Assembly (NCBI GenBank): GCA_963664405.1
Contig: OY761158.1
Coordinates: 4,448,001 to 4,512,000, forward strand
DNA: 64,000 nucleotides
Direction: 5' to 3'
Source of the DNA: Thermoanaerobaculia bacterium
GTDB lineage: Bacteria; Acidobacteriota; Thermoanaerobaculia; Multivoradales; Multivoraceae
Each line of letters begins with the position of its first letter. The first letter of the stretch is position 1. Positions 41,598-49,510 of the stretch are shown here, one piece after another. The notes under the pieces are model-generated. The model made no database searches and was not told the DNA's origin. It saw nothing but the letters and a program-made list of their open reading frames with translations. The position numbers and the translations under genes are program-made.

Positions 41598-41641
41598 CAG
41601 AGATTAACGGGACAGCCGGTCAGGCTGTCGCTGCTCCCTCG

Positions 41642-42637
41642 TTACTCTAGGAGGCGTAGCGCACGGTGGCCTGGCACCTTGTCTCGGAGACGGTTACACC
41701 TCATCCGGACCTGGTCTCCAGTAAGAGTGCGCCCGGTTCGTTGCCCCACCTTTTTAGCAAGCCGAGCCCAATATTCTCCTCTGCCACCTCGGCGCAGCGG
41801 GAGTTTACCAAGAGCATTGATTTCCAGGAGGATCGCTTCGTCGAGCAAGTCCGGTACGCTGCCCGGTGCTGTCTTGATCTGCCGGTAGACCTCTTTGAGG
41901 TCGGCCTCTCGAATGAAAGCGCTTCGGATCGTCACTTTGACGTATGGGAGCACGCCGTCGATGGTAACGGGAGGGTAGATCAAGGGTGTTCCTGAGAGTG
42001 CGTACGCAACGAGATCATGCTCGTCTACTCCAGTCTTGCGCTTAGCCATTTCCGCGAACGCCTTCAATGCTGCTAGCTTAGAGCCAGGGGGGACCTTGAC
42101 CCCCTCTGGAGACCAGCTAAATATCTCCGTCCCTTTAGGCAAGGACGCAAGTTCGGCGTCACGGAGTCCTTTCGGCTTCATATAGAACAGAAAACTCGCG
42201 GTCAGAGTTAGGCCGAACAGTGCGACCTTGATCTCCTCCCGAAGTTCCTCAGAAATGACCCTAGGTTGGATCTTAGGCTGGCTCTCAATCCATTCGTAGG
42301 CGCCAACCTCATTAAAGGGCGGGTCCTCTGTCTTGAACAGCGTTCGCCTCAGATCCTGAGCGTCTTTGTCGATTAGTCGCTCAAGACGGGTTGCTCCAAG
42401 CCTTGCCCCGAGTCGGGAGGCCTCGCTCCACTGGGGGGCTACTTGGTTACCAAGGGTACGGGGGGCACGCGCTCCCATGAGGCCTGCAAGCTCGACGCAA
42501 CCGTTGGCCTTGGGTTTCGAGTCCCACCCCTGCTTTTGGTAGTGGGCGATCGCCACGGCGACCGCCCACGGGTGCTGCTCCCGCCCTTTGCACCGTACAT
42601 CACTCTCGAAATTGTAGTCGCGGTCTTGAACGTTCAT
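41642..42637 (-). CDS. Putative repressor/regulator with C-terminal HTH (SANT/trihelix-like)
   Basis: Divergent from alpA. The C-terminus reads EYWARLAKKVGQRTGRTLTGDQVRMRCNRLR. Confidence 0.6.
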   Translation of the reverse strand: MNVQDRDYNFESDVRCKGREQHPWAVAVAIAHYQKQGWDSKPKANGCVELAGLMGARAPRTLGNQVAPQWSEASRLGARLGATRLERLIDKDAQDLRRTLFKTEDPPFNEVGAYEWIESQPKIQPRVISEELREEIKVALFGLTLTASFLFYMKPKGLRDAELASLPKGTEIFSWSPEGVKVPPGSKLAALKAFAEMAKRKTGVDEHDLVAYALSGTPLIYPPVTIDGVLPYVKVTIRSAFIREADLKEVYRQIKTAPGSVPDLLDEAILLEINALGKLPLRRGGRGEYWARLAKKVGQRTGRTLTGDQVRMRCNRLRDKVPGHRALRLLE

Positions 42638-42731
42638 GATTATCTCCGTTCAATACGTTATCACTATTGCGACGACGAAAGCCGAGAATCCACCCGGGTT
42701 TCGACGTCGACGACGAAAGGAGAGATCCAAA

Positions 42732-42956
42732 ATGGAGATTGAGAGCGGACGCCTACTGAAAACAGCGGAGGCCGCCGCCTTATGCGGGCTGTCGCCGCGG
42801 ACGCTTGAAGCGCATCGCTTTCGTGGCACCGGCCCTGTCTATGTATCGCTGTCCCCGAGGTGCGTCAGGTACGAGCTACGCGATCTCACTGAGTGGGTCG
42901 CGAGCAGCCGGAGAATATCTACTTCCGCGGTCGCACCGCCGGACCTGGGTCTATGA
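42732..42956 (+). CDS. AlpA/excisionase-like HTH protein, copy 2
   Basis: Same protein as 25605-25829. Confidence 0.88.
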   Translation: MEIESGRLLKTAEAAALCGLSPRTLEAHRFRGTGPVYVSLSPRCVRYELRDLTEWVASSRRISTSAVAPPDLGL

Positions 42957-43282
42957 CCCTTACCAGTCGGAGACGTGCCTTTCTCTTCAACCCCGAGAAG
43001 CACTTCGGTGCCGCTGAAGAGGCTCCGGTGGCAATAACCGTTGAAGCACTTCACGAAGTGCTGGCTGAAGCAACGTACGTGATTCCGAATCCGACAGTGT
43101 CAGATGTGCAAGAGCAGCGCTTCACCCATAGAGATCTCCGAATCATGTCGGTGCCTGAGCTAGAGATAGAGAGCGACGGCGTGCGGATGCGGCGCGCGGT
43201 TGAGCAACCGGCCAATCCGTGGCTCGTCGATCGCCTGGAGAGGGTCCGCCAAGAGATGGCCGGCCGAGGGTCTACCGGATGA
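42953..43282 (+). CDS. Hypothetical protein
   Basis: ATGA-coupled to alpA and to the next ORF. Confidence 0.55.
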   Translation: MTLTSRRRAFLFNPEKHFGAAEEAPVAITVEALHEVLAEATYVIPNPTVSDVQEQRFTHRDLRIMSVPELEIESDGVRMRRAVEQPANPWLVDRLERVRQEMAGRGSTG

Positions 43283-43524
43283 CCACGGGACGACACCTGC
43301 CCGAACTCGAGCAGGCCGTTATGGCTCGCAACGGCAAGCGGACGGGCGACGAAGGCGCCTTCTCCTGCCCAGAACCTCAGTCCCATCGGAACGTCGAAAC
43401 GACCACGAGCTCATCGCGCCATGGAGTTCGGACTCGAGGAAGAAGCAATCAGATGACCGCGCTCCTCGACATCGAGGCGGCACGCCGCGCGCCGATCCTC
43501 CGTGTGTGCGAGCAGCCGGCATGA
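43279..43524 (+). CDS. Small hypothetical protein, possible truncated primase Zn-finger
   Basis: FSCPEPQSHRN. Copy 1 continues GDRNP, resembling CHC2-type Zn-finger starts. Confidence 0.35.
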   Translation: MTTGRHLPELEQAVMARNGKRTGDEGAFSCPEPQSHRNVETTTSSSRHGVRTRGRSNQMTALLDIEAARRAPILRVCEQPA

Positions 43525-46152
43525 GCAGTTCCACCAGTCCGTACGAGACTCTCCCTGAGGAGTTGAAGGAGCTGTCTCAGTGGCTGATCTGGCGCCTCGA
43601 AGAGCGAGATGGGAAGAAGACCAAGGTTCCGTATCAATCGCGTGCCCCTAGGCAGCACGCCAGCTCGACGGACGCGGAGACCTGGTCAGACTTCGATTCC
43701 GCCGTGGAGGCGTCGAAAAGCAACGGCGCCTCCGGTATCGGCTTTGTCTTCACAGCCGAGGACCCTTACGTTGGCATCGACCTGGACAAATGCATCGACG
43801 ACAGGGATTACCTAACCGCCGAGGCCGAGGCGATCGTAGAGGCCATCGATTCGTACGCGGAGTACTCGCAGAGTGGGCGCGGGCTCCACATCATTGCTCG
43901 CGGACTTGTGCCGGCGAGTCACAAGGGAGGGGGCGTCGAGATCTACTCTGAAGGTCGCTATTTCGTGATGACCGGCGAGCATCTCGAAGGGTCGCCCGAC
44001 ACGATAGAGAACCGACAAGGAAAGATTGAGCAGCTCTATGGTTCGCTGAAGCCGAAACGGCTCGAGAAGCCGCAGGCAGTGCCCAGCGCGACGGCACGTA
44101 AAGGGCCCTACCTCTGCGACGAAGAAGTACTCGATCGCGCCCGCAGTGCCGCCAACGGGGAGCTCTTCAAGGCGCTCTACGACAGGGGCACGTGGCGAGA
44201 GGTGCTACACCCCGACACGGGTGAACAGCTGTACCCGTCCCAGAGCGAGGCGGATCTGGCTCTGTGCGGCAACTTGGCTTTCTGGTGTGGCCAGAGCCCA
44301 GCGCAGATTGATCGTCTCTTCCGGGGTTCGAAGCTCTTTCGCAAAAAGTGGGACGAGCGCCATCACCGTGCCGGGCGAAGCTACGGCCAAGGCACGATCG
44401 ACAAGGCTCTCGAGGGGAAGACCGAGTTCTACGGCGGGACCCAGCAGAATGAGATGACCGAGACCGCTAACAGAGGACCTTCTGTAGCGACGATACTTAT
44501 CCGGTTAGCTCTCGAGCGCTACAAGCTCGGGATGTCGACCGAGGGCGAGCCCTACGCGGTGCCGACCGAAGGGCCGCGAATAGCCCGCCTGCTCCGCGGC
44601 AGTCGTGTGAGCCTGGGCGCCGAACTCGCCGCTGCGTACTTCGATGCGCGAGGAAAGGCCGCCAGCCGTAGCGCCCTCGCCGATGCGTTGGCGACGATCG
44701 AGGGACTCGCGGCGAGGTGCGAACCTGTCGAGCTCCATCTCAGAACGGCACAGACCGACGGTGGGGTGGTCTGGCTTGACCTCGGCCACGAGAAGGGGAA
44801 CTGCGTCCGCATCGATGCCGATGGCTGGAAGCTCACCGATGAGCCTGAGGTACTCTTCCGGCGCTCTCCGGTGACCGCGCTGATGCCAGAGCCGTCACCA
44901 GATGGCGACCTTCTCGCGCTGCGCGACCTGCTCGCTCTGCCTGAGGATTCGGGAGCCTGGCCGCTCATCGTTGGCTGGCTTGTCGGCACGATGTTCCCGG
45001 GAATGCCCCGGCCAGTGCTTCTCCTCACGGGAGAGCAGGGCAGCGGCAAATCGTTCATCACCAGGAAAGTCGCTGGCGTGCTCGATCCGGCGATCCCACC
45101 AACGCGCTGCGCTCCACGTGACGAGCGCGACTGGATCGCCGCCACATCGGCGTCAGCCGTCGTTGCGCTCGACAACATTTCCACCGTGCAGGACTGGCTG
45201 TCGGATGCGATCTGCCGCGCCGTCACCGGCGAGGGCTTCGTTCGCCGCCGGCTCTACACGGACAACGATGTCGCTGTAACGACGTTTCGCAGGTCGATCA
45301 TCGCCAACGGGATCGACCTCGGGGCTTATCGAGGAGACTTGCTTGACAGGTCGATCATTGTCGAGCTGCCCCGGATCGAGGCTGATCGGAGGCGCACCGA
45401 AGAGGACCTCGACCGCGAGTACAAGCGGCTGCTGCCCAAGATCCTTGCTGGCTTGCTCGACCTGGCGGTGAAGGTGCTCGGGGAGCTGCCTACGGTCCAG
45501 GTCCATCAGCCCCCGCGGATGGCGGACTATGCGCGCATCCTGGCTGCCCTCGATCAGGCCACCGGGTCGAGGACTTTAGACGCATATCGCTCGGTCGGGC
45601 GTGAGGCCCTCTCGAGTGCCGTCGACGCCGACCACGTCGCTTCGTGCAGTCGCCGCAATGCTCGACACCGAGGGGACCTGGACTGGTACGGCGACAGATC
45701 TTCTCCACGAGCTAGACAGCCGACAGGGTGATGGCAGGCCGCCGAAAGGGTGGCCTACGACGCCGCAACATCTCGCAGGCAGACTACGTTGCGCCGCTCC
45801 GGCTCTCAGGGCAGACGGGTACGTAATCGACGCCAAGAAAACTCATGGCGGCTCCCGTATATGGACCCTGTCGAAGTCGTGTGGTGCCGAAGTAGAGATG
45901 GTAGGTAAATCACCGTCGGCACCGTCGGCACCGTCGCGGCGGGTGGTCTGTGGAGACGGTGAAGACGACGAGAGAGGCGACCAAAACCCCTGTCGCGACG
46001 GTCGCGACGGTGAGATACCGCCATCTCTATTTGCGGAAACGCGGGAGACGGTGGGAGACGGCGGGGAGACGGTGGGAGACGATGAAACCCCATACCGCGA
46101 CGCTCGCGACGGTGAAATACCTACCACCTCTACTGAGTGGGGAGAGGCGTAA
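43521..46152 (+). CDS. NrS-1-like primase-polymerase fused to a P-loop helicase/ATPase (frameshift near 45645)
   Basis: LPEELKELSQWLIW...TKVPY, GIGFVF, GIDLDKC, EYSQSGRGLHII, EIYSEGRYFVMTG and the helical bundle SQSEADLALC..LAFW. Walker A GEQGSGKS, followed by ALDN. Confidence 0.85.
45910..46121. repeat. Iteron-like GACGGT(G) repeat cluster, candidate replication origin
   Basis: CACCGTC three times at a 9-bp period, then many GACGGT/GACGGC/GACGAT copies in the opposite orientation. cgcgacggtga(g/a)atacc occurs twice. Confidence 0.6.
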
Positions 46153-46613
46153 TGGACGCACCTGGCGTTCTCGCGGAGTTGCGATCTCGCGTCGAAGAGA
46201 TTGGTGTTGTCGGCGACCGCATCAGATGGAGACCCGCCAACGGTGTCTCCGCGGATCTGGTCCAGGAAATACAGCGCCACAAGCCGGAGCTTCTGCGGCT
46301 GCTGGCCGCCCCCCAGCTTGCCGATGCTCTCCAGGGTGTCGAGTTTGCGCAGGGCTCTCTACTCGCCGAAGACGTCGCCACGATGCTGCTTCGGGACTTT
46401 GCTCGGTCGCGGCTGGTGCTCGAGGTCTTCTCCCGAGCCCTTGACGAGCGCGTCCTCTTCGCCGGTGATCGCGCCCATGTGGACGCCGGGCGCTGCCGCG
46501 AACTCACCTTGTACCGGGGCTCAGAGCTGCTCGAGCTTTGCGGGGTGGATGCGCCGAACTTGCGTGTGATTCACGATGCAAAGAAGGTCTTCGGCGGGCA
46601 GGTGGTGACGTGA
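46152..46613 (+). CDS. Hypothetical protein with TubC-N-docking-like N-terminus
   Basis: VLAELRSR...VGDRIRWRP...LVQEIQRHKPELLRLL. TAATG-coupled to the primase. Confidence 0.6.
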   Translation: MDAPGVLAELRSRVEEIGVVGDRIRWRPANGVSADLVQEIQRHKPELLRLLAAPQLADALQGVEFAQGSLLAEDVATMLLRDFARSRLVLEVFSRALDERVLFAGDRAHVDAGRCRELTLYRGSELLELCGVDAPNLRVIHDAKKVFGGQVVT

Positions 46614-46715
46614 TGGCTGTCACGATCACATGCAGCAACGAGCCTTTGGGGGCTCCCCTTACGGCGCAGACAGGTCCACAATTAAGAAGTGGCCTGGATC
46701 CTACCCCCGCCCCGC

Positions 46716-46920
46716 ATGACCAGAACTAAAGCCCCGACCTCAGTTACCCGCCTGAACTGGCAGCTCATCCTCGTCGATGCCGCTGCCATCGTCGAGAGCT
46801 ACGACCCGCCGGTTACCTTGAGGCAGCTGTTTTATCGCCTCGTGGCCGCGGGCGTGATTCCGAACACGTCGACCGCCTATAAGACCTTATCCAGCCGCAC
46901 CGCCGCCGCACGCCGCGCGC
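46716..46920 (+). pseudogene. N-terminal wHTH fragment of a Topo VI-A/Toprim-like protein
   Basis: AAAIVESYDPPVTLRQLFYRLVAAGVIPNTSTAYKTLS..TAAARR. The downstream sequence is an unrelated patchwork. Confidence 0.55.
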
Positions 46921-47383
46921 CCGGCAGCGGCGAGACGGTCCTCGGGGAGATCATCGAAGAGGATGATGTCCGCGACCGACGAACAGGAAGAGTGCTCGCC
47001 CCGTGGTGCCTCGACTGCCTGAGCCGCATGGATGCCAGGTTTTGCACAATGAGTAACCCTGAAAATGCCGACGAATGCCTAGCCAGAAAATGGCTTGAAT
47101 CGCAAGGTTACACGAACATCAAACGACTATGCCTCGACCCTCCGGACTATGAAGATAGGCTGGCGAGCTACTTCCACGGCTCCCGGCGGTTGGCGCTCGA
47201 TGAGCGCCACTCACTTTCCCGGCTTGCCGATGAGAACCAAAAGGAGAAGGCGCAGTGCGCCTCCTCCGCTGTCGCTCCGGCCCTGCGGGTGACACTGGCC
47301 GCCCGCTGCGGCTCCAGATGCCGCTTTAGGGCCGGAAGGGTGCCTTCCGGCCCGTCCAGACGGACCAGGATGCACCACCAGAG

Positions 47384-47420
47384 TTGACGCAATGTCCGTG
47401 TTTCACTATTTTAGTGTAAC
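47384..47420 (+). promoter_or_regulatory. Sigma-70-like promoter with overlapping palindrome
   Basis: TTGACG-17 bp-TATTTT, with CACTA-ttt-TAGTG over the -10. Confidence 0.55.
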
Positions 47421-47440
47421 CTGTGCCAGAGGACCCAACG

Positions 47441-47683
47441 ATGAAGAACATCACCATCACGCTGCCCGAGGATCTCGCTCGATGGCTGCGGGTTCGTGCG
47501 GCGGAGAACGAACGTAGTGTGTCCAGGTGGGTGGCCGAGCTCCTTGCGAGGATGCGGCATCAAGAAGACGAGTACGAGGTCGCGATGAAGCAAGCTCTGG
47601 CGGTCAAGCCACGCAAGATGGAGTGGGTCGACGGACGCAAACCAACCCGGGAAGAGTTGCATGACCGGCCAAGTTTTCGTTGA
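47441..47683 (+). CDS. Ribbon-helix-helix (CopG-like) antitoxin, VapB-type
   Basis: MKNITITLPEDLARWLRVRAAENERSVSRWV...PTREELHDR. Confidence 0.85.
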   Translation: MKNITITLPEDLARWLRVRAAENERSVSRWVAELLARMRHQEDEYEVAMKQALAVKPRKMEWVDGRKPTREELHDRPSFR

Positions 47684-48125
47684 TACCAACGTCATCGTCT
47701 ACCGGTACGACACCAATGATCCAAAGAAGCAAGTCCGTGCCGACGACTGGCACACGCTTGTCTGGAACACCCGTTCAGGCAGGCTGAGCTTCCAGGTCTT
47801 GCAGGAGTCCTACGCGACGCTGACGCGAAAACTGAAACCGGCCATGGCGAGCGCAGACGCGCAACGGATCGTCCGCAGTCTCGCCGCGTGGCGACCGGTT
47901 ACGATTAACCTCGCGATCCTAGAACGCGCTTGGCTTCTCGAGGAGCGCCATTCCCTTTCCTGGTGGGATGCCCTCATCGTCGCGGCCGCGCAGACGTGTC
48001 AGTGCAAAGTCCTCCTGACCGAGGACCTGCAGCACGGCCAGAAATTTGGCTCGGTTCGGGTAATCGATCCCTTTGCGTCGCCGGAGCAGACGCCAGCGGA
48101 TGTCCTTGAAGCGCTGGCGCAGTGA
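47661..48125 (+). CDS. PIN-domain toxin, VapC-type
   Basis: FVDTNVIVY, SFQVLQE, SWWDALIVAAA and LLTEDLQHG. Confidence 0.92.
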   Translation: MTGQVFVDTNVIVYRYDTNDPKKQVRADDWHTLVWNTRSGRLSFQVLQESYATLTRKLKPAMASADAQRIVRSLAAWRPVTINLAILERAWLLEERHSLSWWDALIVAAAQTCQCKVLLTEDLQHGQKFGSVRVIDPFASPEQTPADVLEALAQ

Positions 48126-48539
48126 GCGGAACTCATAAGTTATTGGAGGATGGAATGCGATTTCGTCTAGCTGCATTATTCGTCGGGTTCGCGCTGCTTG
48201 CTGCGGTGCGCTCGCCCTCAACAGCCGACCCCGCAAGACACTCGGCTGGAGAACCCCTGCCGAAGTCTTCGATGAGCTTGTACACTCTGCGTGCCTGCGC
48301 CGGTTGAGAATGACCGCGGATTCCAATCGAATCTGACCGCCAGGAAGCGCGCCCGACTCGCCCAAAACCGGATCCGGTGTGACGCAGGCGCAGACGTGAG
48401 GCTCTCCAACCCGATCGACGCGCCCGGCCGGGCCCGGCGACGGCTAGCGAATAGACTCAGAACCCAGGAGGACCGGAATCGGACCTAGACATCCAACAGG
48501 TCAGATTCACTGGAATAGGCACTCTGCTCAACAAGGCAA

Positions 48540-49469
48540 CGTTGCGACGATCCCTTGAACCCAAGCTGGCTACCTCGATCACTGTGATGGATCAGGCCGG
48601 GGGCCGCACGGCGGCTCTGCACGGCACGTTCTAACGCGCGATGACAAAAGCTCGACTCGAGCGAGGAGCTCGTCGCCCAAGCCCACAACTTTGCGAGAGA
48701 ACAGATCGAGCAACACCGCCAAGTACAGCCAGCCCTCCCTCGTCCGAATCTGCGTGATATCGCCCGCCCAGATCTGGTTGGGTCCGGCGGCCGTAAAGTT
48801 CTGGGCCACAAGGTTCTCGGCCACTGGCAGCGAATGCGAGGAGTCGGTCGTGGACACACGAAACTGCCGGGTCTTCTTCGCCACCAGCCCGCCCTCGCCC
48901 ACCGACCGACTCAGTCGCCGAGAACCGTACGTCTCGCGCGATTCCTTGAACTCTCCTGCCATCTTCAACTTCAGAAGGCGATCTTCCCGACTCCGCTCGC
49001 TCTCCGGCCGGACAAGCCAAGCGTAGTACCCACTCGTCGACACCTCGAGGACGCGACACATCCGGCGCACCGAGAACTCGTCCCGATGCTGCCGGATGAG
49101 CGCGAACCTCATCGACGGGGCTCCGAGAAGATCGCCACCGCTTTTTTTAGAATGTCTCGTTCCTCCCGAACGCGGCTCAGCTCGCGACGGAGTTTCGCCA
49201 ATTCTGCGTCCCGCTCTTTCTGCCGGCCCAGACCTGGGAACGACTGCTCGCGGTCCTCGCTATATTGACCCACCCAGCGACGAACCACATCTCCGGACGA
49301 AGCTCCAGATCCTTCGATACATCCATCACGCTGTGGCCGCCGTCGGTCACCATACGAACCACGTCCAACTTGAATTCACGGCTGAAACGACGACGCTTGC
49401 TCATCACCAACACCTCCTCGGCGCATTCTCGCGCCTTCTACAGGTGTCCACAATTCTCGGACCGGCTCA
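48540..49469 (-). mobile_element. IS3-family element, internally deleted and truncated
   Basis: Left end TGAGCC. orfA reads KRRRFSREFKLDVV. orfB reads MCRVLEVSTSGYYAW, TYGSRR, WAGDITQIRTREGWLYLAVLLDLFSRKVVG and HHSDRGSQ. Confidence 0.88.
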
Positions 49470-49510
49470 GTAGCCCGTGCCATAATGGCGGCTAGGGAAC
49501 GGCGGGCATT

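Larger units (their letters stand above)
23009..41627. mobile_element. tRNA-Gly-integrated phage-satellite-like/defective prophage element
   Basis: The integrase follows tRNA-Gly directly. Gene order is int, divergent regulator, AlpA, primase module, terS, terL, cargo. Matching GCTGACCA repeat pairs lie near both ends. No attR core duplication was found. Confidence 0.75.
41628..46920. mobile_element. Second, integrase-less copy of the regulation/replication module
   Basis: Colinear with 24492-29650, and its ORFs are largely intact. Confidence 0.85.

Noticed and set aside
30760-45660. Programmed frameshifting in terL, hsdR and the primase
   Set aside because: There are no consistent slippery motifs. 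Single-base indels throughout the window point to sequencing error or decay.
46689-47387. 232-aa ORF as a single novel protein
   Set aside because: It reads as an in-frame patchwork of unrelated fragments after TAAARR.
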